A DNA stretch of 64,000 bases from Vitrella brassicaformis CCMP3155 (lineage: Eukaryota > Protista > Chromerida). Under the pieces are notes generated by a model, which was given only the letters and a program-made list of their open reading frames with translations, was not told where the DNA came from and searched no databases. Below are positions 45,865 through 59,227 of the stretch, one piece after another (positions within the stretch are counted from its first letter, which is position 1; each line of letters starts with the position of its first letter). The DNA is taken from contig CDMY01000295.1 of assembly GCA_001179505.1 (NCBI GenBank), positions 248,001-312,000 of the forward strand, given 5' to 3'. The translations under genes were made by a program, and so were the position numbers.

Positions 45865-48038
45865 TGAATGGGGGACTGATCTCTCGGTGGGCGGGTGTGT
45901 ATAGATGTAGGCAGGCAGGCAGGCAGGCAGACAGTCGATTGGTGGCCGTGCTGATTGACAGCAGCTTCTCTCTCTCTGGCTGAGTTTTCCCACCATGCAC
46001 ACACACACGAATGACTGTGGGTCGATCCATCTCTCTCTTTTGACGACTGCGTGCATACGCAGCGCACACACACTTACACTGACGAGCACACACACATGCT
46101 TTGTGCGTGTGTCTTTTTCGTTGTTACACGTGGCTAGCTCGGCGTTCCGTTGCTCTATCTGTCACGTGTAATCGTAACTGAGGTGTGTGACGGGTCGATG
46201 TGATGACGGTTTTGTTGTCGGTCTTGTGTTCATGTGTCTGTGTGTCTATGTGAATTGATGTGTGTATCTCTGTGTATAAACCGATCGATTGTCTGGCTGG
46301 CCGGAAATGATGGTGGCCTAATTTGGCGCAAAGGGGGGGACGGGGCCTCTGCGCGAGTACATGTGACGGACGGGTGCGGTGACGGACCAGGTGTTTCTTT
46401 CTACGAGCAGACGTCCGTGTGTTCAGATCAGACAGAGAGACTGTACGTTGACTGATGCGTGACGTCTGTGTTCAGCCACTGACTGATGGATGGATAGGTG
46501 CCATGTTGGTCTCTGCGCTTTGCGTAGTGCTGCAGCTGCCGACGAGTGTCTCGTTGGCGGTCAGGTCGCTGCCACGGACATTCGTCATCACCTGCAGTGG
46601 CTGAGCAATGAGCAGGGACCAAAGGTACTCACCGAGGGAAGGCAAGGCGTTGAGCTGAACCGCTGATCGACTCATTTATCGAGAGCGTACCGTATGTCAT
46701 CATCTGTCGACCATATGCATCAAACAAAAGTCATGTTCCAAGCAGCCCCAAAAATATGACCGATCATCGAGTAATCTCTTCTATGCTTAATTGGCACAAG
46801 ANNNNNNNNNNNNNNNNNNNNNNNNNNNNNNNNNNNNNNNNNNNNNNNNNNNNNNNNNNNNNNNNNNNNNNNNNNNNNNNNNNNNNNNNNNNNNNNNNNN
46901 NNNNNNNNNNNNNNNNNNNNNNNNNNNNNNNNNNNNNNNNNNNNNNNNNNNNNNNNNNNNNNNNNNNNNNNNNNNNNNNNNNNNNNNNNNNNNNNNNNNN
47001 NNNNNNNNNNNNNNNNNNNNNNNNNNNNNNNNNNNNNNNNNNNNNNNNNNNNNNNNNNNNNNNNNNNNNNNNNNNNNNNNNNNNNNNNNNNNNNNNNNNN
47101 NTGAATGGGGGACTGATCTCTCGGTGGGCGGGTGTGTATAGATGTAGGCAGGCAGGCAGGCAGGCAGACAGTCGATTGGTGGCCGTGCTGATTGACAGCA
47201 GCTTCTCTCTCTCTGGCTGAGTTTTCCCACCATGCACACACACACGAATGACTGTGGGTCGATCCATCTCTCTCTTTTGACGACTGCGTGCATACGCAGC
47301 GCACACACACTTACACTGACGAGCACACACACATGCTTTGTGCGTGTGTCTTTTTCGTTGTTACACGTGGCTAGCTCGGCGTTCCGTTGCTCTATCTGTC
47401 ACGTGTAATCGTAACTGAGGTGTGTGACGGGTCGATGTGATGACGGTTTTGTTGTCGGTCTTGTGTTCATGTGTCTGTGTGTCTATGTGAATTGATGTGT
47501 GTATCTCTGTGTATAAACCGATCGATTGTCTGGCTGGCCGGAAATGATGGTGGCCTAATTTGGCGCAAAGGGGGGGACGGGGCCTCTGCGCGAGTACATG
47601 TGACGGACGGGTGCGGTGACGGACCAGGTGTTTCTTTCTACGAGCAGACGTCCGTGTGTTCAGATCAGACAGAGAGACTGTACGTTGACTGATGCGTGAC
47701 GTCTGTGTTCAGCCACTGACTGATGGATGGATAGGTGCCATGTTGGTCTCTGCGCTTTGCGTAGTGCTGCAGCTGCCGACGAGTGTCTCGTTGGCGGTCA
47801 GGTCGCTGCCACGGACATTCGTCATCACCTGCAGTGGCTGAGCAATGAGCAGGGACCAAAGGTACTCACCGAGGGAAGGCAAGGCGTTGAGCTGAACCGC
47901 TGATCGACTCATTTATCGAGAGCGTACCGTATGTCATCATCTGTCGACCATATGCATCAAACAAAAGTCATGTTCCAAGCAGCCCCAAAAATATGACCGA
48001 TCATCGAGTAATCTCTTCTATGCTTAATTGGCACAAGA
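45865..48038. repeat. 937-bp direct duplication (45865-46801 and 47102-48038) separated only by a 300-N gap
   Basis: Sequence after the gap restarts at TGAATGGGGGACTGATCTC (also at 45865). ORFs recur identically at offset 1237 (46234/47471, 46428/47665, 46472/47709). I noticed no mismatches. Confidence 0.9.
46802..47101. other. Assembly gap (300 N placeholder) between the duplicated 937-bp copies
   Basis: Exactly 300 N. Confidence 0.95.
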
Positions 48039-51000
48039 CCAAAAATATACCAACATCACACCCTCAAAACTGCAAGCAGTGACTTGACGGCAAATTCCTC
48101 CCAATACCCATAGCCGTCCATACATTTTCTGTCAGTCAGATGAGGTGCCCGTCACACCAAGGTCCAAGGGAAACTGAACGGACACACACACACACATACA
48201 CACACACACACACGGAGCGAGAGAGAGAGAAGGAGAGAAAGAGAAACACAGACACGGACAAACATGAGACAGCCAGAGATGGGCCCGTTCTCGTTTCCAT
48301 GTTTCGTGCACACCTGGTTATGAGGAGTGAGTAACATGACAGGATAGACAGGCGAGATGATGAGCGCCCCCATCATTGCACTATACAGCGACTCCTGCGC
48401 CACCAACCGAGACACGATGCGCCTGACCTGCACCGGCAGGTAGGGATGCACTACCAACCCGGTGACAGCGGAGGTGATGATCATCGCCACCACGACGACA
48501 ATCGTGAATAGGGAGAACCGGTTGAAGTCCGCCTCTCCCAGTTCATTGAATGAGGCGTACAGGTAGCCTGAGGGGCTGCAGCAGCGGATGTACCAGATGT
48601 ACAGCCAAACCTGGATCGGCCCCAACACCTGTTGGTTGTGTCACAGATAAGAAGAGAGAAACATCGACCTGCCTGTCTCTGGCATTGATTTGCCCTCCCA
48701 CCGACCGACCTCTGTGTAGGCCTTAATCAGAAAGACGCCTGCCATTCATTCGTCCATCAAAGAAGAGCGGCGTGTCCAGATGCAGTGTAGTGTGAGCTGG
48801 CCGATCGGTCTGCTTACCAAACGTCGCCATGACGAACTCACACGCCTTCTCATCCATGTCATACACCGATATCTCTTGCCCACTGTGAGTCCGAAACGAA
48901 CTCGCCACCGAGGCCCTCTTCTGCGCGGTGACCGACGGCCTGCTCGTTTTGGTGGTGGCGGTCCTCCCCTCCCCTGCCATCACACTCGATGTGGGTGACG
49001 TCATGGACACTCTCGTGTGCTGTCTGCCGCTGCCGTCTTTCTTGTCCTCCTCATCATCGGGTAAGAATGACACATAGGACCGGAATCTCTTCTCCATCGA
49101 CACGGCCGACTGCTGTTGCTGCACCTGCTGTCAAGATGGGGCAAGAGGCTTGGGGTCAGGGGGCACATCACTGTCTCCCCAGATGTCGTTAGCGGCTTCT
49201 GCTGCTGCTGCATGACCATCAGGTGTGGCAACCGTCTCCACTGCAACAGCCATGTGGAAACGGTCGACATCACCTCCGGATGCTGCGACATTGGCATCTG
49301 CTGGGTTCGGGGCCTTCCTGTCCTTTGTCGTTTTGTCGGTCGCACTGAAGTGCCTGGATCTGAAGCTGTCTTCGTGAAGGTCCTCTCCGCGAAAGCATCT
49401 TTTGAAGCACGGCATGATGAACGCGATGCAGGCGCCGAGGTAGTTGCATGCGCTCGATCGGTCGGGGTCCATGGCATCACCGATCGGATACATGAGCCTG
49501 CCTATCACGCCTTCGGTTGCAAGAGACTTCACCGCCTTGTTGTGGATCTGAATCCGACACAGGGGAGACAATGTGTCTTCGTGTGTGTGAATGGATGTCT
49601 TTGTACTGACGAGGATAACGGACAGGCCCGGCCACGCGAGCAGGATGCAGCGTTCTACCAAGGTAATTCCAAACATCCACGGCGAAATGCCCGGGAACAA
49701 CACCGACAAATACCTGCCCGGCGGTGCACAAAGAGAGAGACAGAGACACTTCGCTTTGCTTCTGCAGTGTTCTGTCAGCAGACGTACATACATTGTTGTG
49801 ACCTGCATCCAGAACAACAAAGACGCATTCGTTAAATCAAACAAGGCAGCTTAGCTTTTCTTCATTTACACATACCATGTCGGGCAGCATTGACCCGGCT
49901 ATCTCCATCTTTCGGCGCGTGGCCCGCAGGATGCGCCTCGCCATCAGCACGATCTCACGACCAAAGATAGGAAAGGCGAAGACAAGAAGGCCGTGCAACC
50001 TGCATGCAACGAGACAGCAAGAGTCAGCGATACGAGACACGCTTTGTTTGATGCATGTCATTCTATGTGGGCATACACACCAGGTCATGTTCGTGTCTGC
50101 CACGACGACGATGACATACGTGTAGAGCACAGCAGCCAGCCACAGCTGAGCAAGAGATACAACGGCGACAGACACACACAGAGACAGAAGCAATCAGCCG
50201 GTGTGACTGTGCCAGCGAGTCTGGCTCACCCGCTCAGTGCTCACCCACTGGCTCACCATTGGCGCGAACATGCACACGATTGTCTTCACGAACCAGCGCT
50301 TTCGGCCCTGGGTGCACGTACGGCACACAGTCAGTCAGATTGATGGACCGAGGGCAGACAGGTACATGTATCATAACATCGATCAGACATGCTTACATGT
50401 TTGTCGTTGAAGTATCTCCTTCGCCAATCGGGGAGAGCAAAGAGGACACAGAAGCACTGAACGCCAAAAATCGGAACTGAACACGGATGCATGACTCAAT
50501 GTGCAGTGGTGTCTATCGTGATGTCGTGGGTTGTGTTGCCCACTTCCGACGAGGAATGTGTGTGCGGGCAGGCCCGTCTCATTCAGGATGGCACTGATGA
50601 TAATGGTCACCAGAGGGCCCAGCATCCCAGGGGCGAACCCAGCGACAAATGTCTTCCACGTGAATCGTTCACCGAGCAGGGCGGGGATCCACGTCGCCGG
50701 TAACACGCCTATCATAAGGCGGAACATAGGTAGATACCCTGTGCAAAGCCAGAGCAGACAGACAGACAGGCAGACAGGAAACAGCATTCACTTCAGTCCA
50801 CACCCACACCCTTGTCGCACACCTACCCCAAAAGTAAGCCATCTGTGTCTCCCACGCCTCCTGTGTTTTCTTCAGTGGCATCGAGAGCCACGCCACGCCC
50901 ACGATGATCGGAAGAATAAACAGCATGAACACTCGCAGGCCGATGTGGGTCCACGGCTCCGGGACTTCCTCCCCGAACACCCACGCCAATAGCAGGGAGG

Positions 51001-51370
51001 ACTCACCAGACGACCGATGGAACACAGACGTGAGTATCTCTCTCACCGTCGAGCCTAGCGATGCTCGCGATGCTCTACGCACGGCGGCGTGCGCCGAAGG
51101 CGTCGTCACAGATTTCGGCGACACGGCAGATTTCGGAGAAGAGACGTCTGACTTGAGGGTGGCCACTGGGTGAGGTGGGGCTCCTTCGGTCCGTTTTGGG
51201 GAGATGTCGTGGTCAACGGGCTCGTCATCGACGTCACCGTCCACACCAGGCGTGTACTTCATCATTGTTCCACTCAGCGCGGATCCTACCACCTCAACGG
51301 ACTCGTCGGCGTCATCTCGCCTGTTGACGCCTTCGGATGGATGCCGAGCTGGATGCGATTTGTCCTCCAT
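48001..51370 (-). CDS. Multi-pass membrane protein (about 9-10 predicted TM helices, large cytosolic N-terminus and loop); 3' end uncertain
   Basis: MEDKSHPARH start; hydrophobic segments IGLRVFMLFILPIIVGVAWL, FVAGFAPGMLGPLVTIIISAIL, LWLAAVLYTYVIVVVA, LHGLLVFAFPIFG, VLGPIQVWLYIWYI, FSLFTIVVVVAMIITSAVTGLVV and LYSAMMGALIISPVYPVMLL lie in GT-AG-bounded exons. Confidence 0.6.
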
Positions 51371-51586
51371 GGGGGCAGTGGCTCCGGGGAGGCTGAATTG
51401 CGCGTTCATGCATCAGAGAAGCCAAACTGAACGGGCCCAAGCTCGCCAAAAGTCTCGACTGCAAGCTTGTGAAAAAACGTCACGGATTGGCGCCCTGTTT
51501 GGATTGCTGGGCAGGCGCTTTCCTGTTCTTGTCAAGCAGCGGTGCCGTCGGCATAGCGGTTGCTCTCGACGGCCTGACTTGTCGGG

Positions 51587-53506
51587 ATGTCAGGCAACGA
51601 AAGCATGGTTGAGAGGCTGAGGCGGCGGAACCAAGCTAGCAACCAAGGCGGCAACGTCAGCCTGAGGGACCGGCAGGGCGCTCGGGAGGAGCGCAACGCC
51701 ATCGTGATTGAGGACTCATCAGATGAGGAGAGCGGCAGTGCTGCGATGGCCGGCAGCAGCAAGCGGCGGAGGATGGACAGCAGCCGCCCTGCCAGTGCGA
51801 GGAAGATATGTGTCATCTGCCAGGATGACTTGAATGAACAACATGAGCTGTGCTTGCAGCTGGGGTGCGGCTGCACACATCACTGGGAATGGTGAGGAAA
51901 GAGAACGAACGCAGACACAGGAGGAGGGAACATTCACGTCTGTCTGTCTGTCTGTCTATCGGTCGGTCGGTTTGTGTTATGTTTTTCCGTCAGTCTGAGC
52001 AACTACTTGAAGTTTGAGATGAAGGAGCAAAAGGTGCCCTTCACGTGCCCGACCGTCAAGGGGGACGGTCCTACTTCTTCCTCTTCTTCTTCTGCTGCCG
52101 CTGCCGCTTCTGGTGGTGGTAGTGGTGGTGGGATCGTGCGGTGCAAGCAGATGCAGGCCAGCGAGGTGCAGATAATGCTCGAGGAGGTAACGAAGCACGT
52201 CATGACACACACGAAGAACCTGCCACGCACGGAATGGTTCTCTGTCTGTTCCGTCAGGCTGATTTCATTCGCTACTCGGAGCTGCTCATCGAGAGGCTGC
52301 AGGGGACTCAAGTATGCAGTAAGTGGACACACAGAACACATGGCAGGCGAAAAACGCTTGTGCGAGTGAGTGCGTCATTCTCTCTCTGTCTGTCTGTCTG
52401 TCTGTCGGTTCTCCTTACTTCAGCTGGTCCCGACTGCGGCTATCGTGCGTTCCTCGGCGACGACGCGAGACTGCGGGAGGAGGGAGTGGGCTTCCCATGC
52501 CCTAAATGCGAACAGATGTAGGCTACGCAGAAAGACAGACTGCATGACCCACCTCACCACGCACCGAATGTGTTTATGTCGTTATGTGATGGTGGGCATT
52601 TGTGTGTGCAGGTGTCTGGTGTGCGGTCTGAAGGTCCACAAGGGCATGACGTGTGTGCAGGCCAAGGCCACCCAGGACACCAACTCGTCGGATCGCAAGA
52701 ACGAACAGGCATTCAAAGACTACCAAAACGTGAGCCACTAGAGCAGCCGATGCAGCCGATGCATCCACACACAACAGCCGGCTCTAATCTCGTTTGTTGT
52801 GTGTGGTTTGGGATTTGGTGTGTGCAGGAGAACAGGACGCGCAAGTGTCCTGACTGCGGCGCGGTGATAGAGAAGGTGGAGGGCTGCGACAAGATGCGGT
52901 GTCGGTGTGGTGCCAAGTTCTGCTACCAGTGCGGCGCGCGCAATGCCACCTGTGGATGCACATCCAAGTTCCACGGCTTCTTCGACACCGAATCGGTACA
53001 CAGCGAACAAACCCATCCCAGCACCCATCCTCCACTCCACCTGTCATACGCTCCCTGTGTAGGTCCGTAACAACTGGGCCAACTGGCCCCCCACGCGGAG
53101 CACCAACATGCCCCGTGGCGGTGGCGGCGGTCCCGACATGGCCAACTTGGCCGCCCTCCTGCAGCAGCAGCTCAACGACCTGCCCAACATCGCCAGAGCC
53201 AACATGCCCCCTTACTTCCAACCCTACTTCCCCAACGCATTCGGCGGCCCCGCTGCAGGTGCAAATGGCGCCGGCGGTCCACACGGGGGTGCTCACCCAC
53301 ACCACTCCTCTGCGGCGGCGGCGGCGGGGGCTGCTGCCGCTGCTCGTGCCCATGCCAATGCCGGTGGGCGCTCGTCGTCAGCTCGCGGAGGTGGAGAGCC
53401 CAGCATGTTCGATGAGATGTTTGCGGCGTTGGTTGGTGCGGCCGGGCCGCCTCGTGGACCGGCAGGGCGGCAGCGGGGGCAGGGTGCCAGGGGCTACTTG
53501 GGGTAG
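51587..53506 (+). CDS. RBR (RING-between-RING) E3 ubiquitin ligase
   Basis: RING1 CVICQDD...CGCTHHWECLSNYL...FTCP; IBR with the motifs GPDCGY...FPCPKC...CLVCGLKVHKGMTC; Rcat KCPDCGAVIEKVEGCDKMRCRCGAKFCYQCG; Gly/Ala/Pro-rich tail. Confidence 0.9.
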
Positions 53507-54052
53507 GGGCATTGGACGGTTGCTTGCTGGGTCATGTCATCATCAGGGAGTTTTGCCTGCCTTTTTGTGTTGTGCTGTTTGGAGGGCCCGGCAAGATGTG
53601 GTGGATGGATGGATGTGAGCCCTTGTCTATGTATTGATACATTTGTTCCATTTTGCAGGCAATTCGCAGACATGAACAGCCCAGCCCGGCCACACGCTGA
53701 GTTGCTTTTTCGCCGCACGATGGCGTCAAGTGTTCGCTGTGTTATATATATGCGTATCTATCTGTATCTACTACACGTGTGCTGCCGTGTGCTTCCATGT
53801 GCGTGCATTTTGCACATGACCGTCTCGAGTCGGTGACGTGACGCCATTCATCAGCGTGATGGCAATATTTGGAATGCGCGTGTGCGGGTACATCAGAAGA
53901 AGTCACATTCATCGATAAAGGAGTCATCCACACAGCACAACACAACACAACACAACACACAAATACGCACAGGGCACAAACGAACGACAAATAATACCTA
54001 CCCAGCTTCGCCTCGTGGACACATCCATCCATCCGTCCGTCCGTCCGTCACA

Positions 54053-56069
54053 TCACCAGTTCTTGATACCATGTGCAAAGAAGCTCCCCTCGTCCAGCCA
54101 GTACTCCCACTCGGTCATCAGCCCGCTCAGGTGCCCCACCTCACGCCCACCACCGCCAACATAACATGCACTCCCATGCGCAGACGGCAGCGGCCGGCTC
54201 ACCGAGTAGTCCGTCGGCACAAACGACCGGACCATCACGCTGCCCGCCACACACAGCACCGTCAGCCCGCCTTTGCACCCGTCATTGTGACCGATAACAC
54301 CAGCAGGCATGGCGCAATCGCCCGTGTACTGCACGCACACGTCGTACCTTGGCCCGCTCTCTAAGTGGGAGGGGACGGAGTCGTGCGCCACGGCGACTGG
54401 CGTGCCGAGCACGTGGGCGAACGAGGGGGGCCGAGAGGGTGAGGGCACCGCGGTGGTGTTTTTTCCCTCGAAAGGCAGGAAGCGGCCCAGCACCGACACC
54501 ACACCCTGAGAGCGGGGCTTGCCATACATCAGCAACACACCAGACGCTCTCGACCGGATTTTCTTGACCTGACCCACACAAGCGAGATGCACTCTCTGCC
54601 TGGGACTGTGTGTCTGTGTCTGTGTGTGGTGTTCCCTCCCTCCTCACCTTTGCGAGCACGCCCCCAGTCGCCCCCGCCCAGTAGCCGCTGACGCCCCCCT
54701 CCTCTCTCCATGCAGCCGCCCTTTCGCAGCAGAATACAATGGCCCGCCCGAGCCCGCCGTCATGCAGCACGGCAAAGGAGCTGTCGCCACAGATCCACTC
54801 CACCACACCGCTCCCCAAGGCGCTGGACTGCCAGCTGTAGACGACGTCATTGCCGTCGCCATCGGCCATGCGGGACGGCGCGAGGCATAGCAGATGCAGG
54901 CTTGCATAAGGGGCGTGGTGTTGTGATGCGTCTGCAGCGTGTGCGTCATACGGTGTTCGGGAGAGGCCGAAGAGCCATCCCCCGTCCTTGAGCGACGCCG
55001 CCCAGCCCCGCCAGACGTGCGCGTCACCAGCACCAGCACCAGCCAACCGGGTCGTGCAGGTCACCCACCCTCCCGCACCCACACACGCGTGCACCGCCTG
55101 CTTGCCGATGAGCAGGAGGTTGCCGCCACCGAATGAGTAGACCTTCCCGCCCTTCCACGCCTCATCGAGAGCGGCTGGAAGATGATCCGGCGGCGACGCT
55201 GCTTCACCATCACGATCACATGGCTGCAGGGGCAGGAGGTCCCCTCGGATGGTCGCGTGGAAGGCCAGACGAGCTGCGGAGTTGAGGAGGGTCTTGGCGG
55301 TCTGTGGCGAGAGGGAGGGGGTGAAGGGGGCAAGGGCGAAGGAGGGGAGGGATGCGGGGGTGTGGGGGAAGAGGGACACCAGGCTGGCCTGCGATGTCGC
55401 GTCGATCAACACGTCACGCGTCCACATCCACACTGAACACACACACACACACACACACAGACGTCCAGGCAGTGAGTGACTGTGTCAGTTGCCCCTCGCT
55501 CCACCAAATGCGCACCTGGCATATAGTGCATTGCCGCATCAGTGGGCACACAAAAATACGCACACAGACGGAAAAACTCAGCCAGCAGCAGAGGCGACAC
55601 CCGGAACGTCCTCACAATCTCATCATCCGCCCTCGCGGCCGCCACACTCTCACACTCTGCCGGCCCTCCGTGAGCGGCAGCAGCACCTTCCCCCTCCCTC
55701 TCGCCTGTGGCAGGCTCAGAGTTGATGTATGACACGAGCAGAGAGAAAGCCCGGGAGAGGGAGCGGGAATCGCCGTCCCATTGATCCAAGATCTGGCAAG
55801 ACAACAGCCACACGCAAGGGCAGGCGCACACAAATAGATAACTGGGAAGTGATTTCCATCCATCAGCTGACCTGCACGGCGCCATCCTCTGTCCGGCTGT
55901 GCTGAAAGAGGGGCCTGTCAGTGGTGGAGAGCACCCTGGACAGCCAACTCGTCGAGAACAGGGGGGACTCCCGCGACACGCTGTACCGCTGCTGCCGCAC
56001 CTCAAACACCACATCTACGCTCGCTGATGCCTCCGACGCCTCTGAAGTCGCCTTTGCGTCAGATTCCAT
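54053..56069 (-). CDS. BTB/POZ (KCTD/T1-like) domain protein with an uncharacterised C-terminal region
   Basis: N-terminus VDVVFEVRQQRYSVSRESPLFSTSWLSRVL...ILDQWDGDSRSLSRAFSLLVSYI...LLLAEFFRLCAYFCVP follows the T1-BTB pattern. Later exons splice to AHGIKNW* at 54053. Confidence 0.55.
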
Positions 56070-56196
56070 TTTCTTCTCACCCAGCTGCTTTAGGGTCTTC
56101 CATGAAACCGCTGCTGCTTTAGCGAGCTTGGCATTTGCAAAGAGTCATCAGAAAACGGCGTACGTTCGGCCCTCGGGACAGCTGCATTGACACATC

Positions 56197-59009
56197 ATGG
56201 CACAAGTAAGGGAAAGGAATGCCAGACTGAGTGAATGCAACGATATGATGGCTTCTCTCAGGCGGCGGGCAGCCAGCCATCTCTCGACGAGCAGCTCGTA
56301 CAACTTCTCGAGCTTCACGCACAGGTGAGGTCTCACCATGTCCGAAATTGCATGCACAGATCACGTCACCCTGAGCTGATGTGATGTACGTATGCGTGTG
56401 GCGTTTCAGGTCGGAGAGCAGCTCGCCCACGTGCAGCAAATGGACCCTGCAACCATCGCCAAACAGGTCGGTGCACCCGCACCAGAGTCTGCGCACACGT
56501 CTGCATGTTCCCTTCCGGCCTGCCTGTCGTGTGCAGACTTGCTCCCCAGTGGCCCTCGGCCTCCAGCAGAAGCTGGCATTCGCCATGACGGTGGCCGCCA
56601 ATGCCCTCAATCAGTCAAAGGCGGCCTTGTCAACAGCCACAGACACCACCAAGGCACTCGATGACCGAGTAGGCACAACACACACTGGAGGGTCCAGTTC
56701 GTTCATTTCCTACCTGCATCTGTCTGTGTGTGTGTGTGTGTGTGTGTGTCAGCGTCGTGAGAAGGACGGCGCCACGTTCCGACTGGTGTACGAGAGCGGC
56801 AAGCGGCCCACCAACCAGGGCCCCGCCGCCCTGCGCATGTCACGAGAGGAGCTGTCGCACCTCTTCGGCCACATGCAGCCGTGGGACCTCAGCCGCCTTC
56901 GCCTGGCCATCGGCAATAAGGTCTTCCTACAGGCGGCCAAGCAGTACACGGACATCGTCATCGACAGCTCGACGCCATCGGTCAGCTGCATGTGGGAGCG
57001 GATGCCGCTGTCGGCGGCCTTCGAGTGGGGCACGCGCATGCCGCATCTCAAGACTGTCGTCATCCGCCATCTGCCACAAAGCTTGTCATACGGCTGGTCA
57101 TATACGGCTGCGTATAGAGTGTTGGGCGAGGTGGTCGACGGCCATGCCAAAGCCCGCAGCGAGCTGCACGAGTTGAAGCGGCGGGAGGCGGAGAGAGAGG
57201 GCCGACAGCCACCCAGGGAGGAGGGGACGTTGGAGTCCATCAGCTTCATCGAGGCGAATAGACACTGTAGCGGTTGGCCCGCAGCAAGCCGATTGCCCTC
57301 TCTTGCTGCCAAAGCCACCACCTCAGCCCCCTTCACCCCCGTTCTCCATTCGCTCACCCACCTCAGCGGCCTTCGCCCTCGCGTCTGCGACTTGATCGAC
57401 AACCACAAGTGGCAGATGCCATCGCTGCGGCACGTCACGGTGCAGGGAGAGGTCGATCGGCGCACCGAATGCGGATTCCTGAAGACGTCGCGGTGTCTGG
57501 AGAGCGTGGACCTCGGTCAGCGTGAGGACTTGCCACGCGTGCTTGAGGGGTGCCAGTTTTCGTGCCTGAAGAGCATCAGTACCGTCGAGGTCGGAAGGCA
57601 CGGCGAGAACTGCGTGCGCCGGCTGCAGGTGCGAAGGCAGACCTGACACATACATAGTGACCAGGGAGAGTAGGTGCCATTCTGTTTTCCTTGTGTCGTT
57701 TGCAGGCTGCCCTCGCATCTGGTGGCTGCACCCAACTCCACTCGATCAGCATTCGCCTCGTCCCTTACGGGCTTGCCGGCGAGAGGGGAGTCTTCGTCAA
57801 CGCAGATACAGTCGCCTCCCTGAGCGCCATCGACAGTCTCAGGACCTCGGCCGTCGCCGCATCCACTGCAGCCATCGATGTGCGGTTTGGGAACTTGCAC
57901 ATTCAGCATTTCATATTCTGCTTGTCGCTTCTCCACGAGAGCCCTGCCCCTTCCCTCGCACCCACCTTTGTCCAAGACACACTCTGCCAGCTCGCCGCGG
58001 CTGCAAAGACCATCGTATGGGAGCCTTCTGCAGCTCACCTGATTGCCCCCACGGACATCAGCGAGACAGCCAAGCACCTCGCCGCCAAGCTGCGATTCTC
58101 TCAAGCCCATCTGCTGCGCCTGTCCCATCCTTGGGGCGCGGGCGCAAACACCGCAGCGCCCGCTGCGTCGTCCCCTTTGTGGTCGCTCATCAGCGACTTG
58201 TCGGCTGAGGCATTCCCCGACACGCTGACCGAGCTGAGGGCTACAGGACGATTTGGCTGCGAGGCCGCGCGGCAGTTGGCGGCGGCAGGCAAGATCAAGA
58301 ATGTGCGGACCCTCGATGGCTGGTACACACCCGTACCTGCGAGTCACGTGGCGGGGCTGCTGGCGGCCATGGGCGGAGAGAAAACGATCTCCACACTGAA
58401 GGTGACAGTCGAGGGAGAGGGACAGGGGCTGTCGTGCGGCAGTGACCCCGAGGCTATTCCACACATAAGGGACATCTACGTGGATTGCCCGACCGGTAAG
58501 ATAGCGGGCATATACAGCACCACCATGTCCCCTTCACCCGCCTCTCTCTCTGTGCGTTTGTATGCAGTGCGCGATGAGGCAGCATTGGATGAGGCCAATG
58601 CTGCCTCGTTTGTCCATGCCAGTCTCACCTCGTGTCTGCACATTCGCGGTCTGAAGAAGCTGACGATCCAGTGGGGCTGGCACCTCTTCAGGGAGCCTGC
58701 AGGGCACTTCCGAGAGCAGATGGAGGCCCTCTGCCCCACCGGCACCATGGGCGGCTTCCGCATCACAGTGCGCCGAGACAAGACGTGGCAGAAGTGGACG
58801 GTCATCGCAAGCCGAGCGACAGCAGAAGAGGTGAGTGGGTGGGCTTCTTCGCTACCGTGACTGTCCGTGCCACGCGTGTGTTCTTTGACGAATGCGTGCA
58901 GGATGATGAGAGTGAAGAAGATGATGACTCGGATGACAGAGCCGCACTCTGTCTCTCCGAGTGGTGGCAGGCAGGTTTTGGTTCCGCGTGTCGTCGTGTC
59001 CGTGTCTGA
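56197..59009 (+). CDS. Lineage-expanded F-box-like/LRR-like protein with N-terminal coiled coil
   Basis: Exons MAQ|AAGSQPSLDEQLVQLLELHAQ|VGEQ...|...LDDR|RREKDG splice in frame. MSREELSHLFGHMQPWDLSRLRL resembles an F-box. Repeats such as LESISF, MPSLRHVTV, LESVDL, LKSISTV and LTELRA resemble divergent LRRs. The pattern is typical of Vitrella-expanded families (recalled). Confidence 0.6.
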
Positions 59010-59227
59010 CATGATCCGATTCGAATCCTTTTTGACGTTTGTTTATGCAACGGATCGATGATGTCTGTTTTCATGTTGCATTCATTCATCGGTATACCAC
59101 ATTGCATTCACCAGCCTCACTCACACCAGCGTCAGGTGCATGAACCAAAACACAGCAATCAATACATGCGTCGCGTCTGCTGGCGTCTGCCACACATGAA
59201 AGAGGCCAGAACGCCCACTTATCCTCC

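Noticed and set aside
45430-45867. Lys-rich plus-strand ORF (MFLSGTPG...) as a separate gene
   Set aside because: It starts at a non-ATG codon, has no convincing complete gene model, and overlaps the probable 5' region or upstream exons of the minus-strand gene at 43698-45179.
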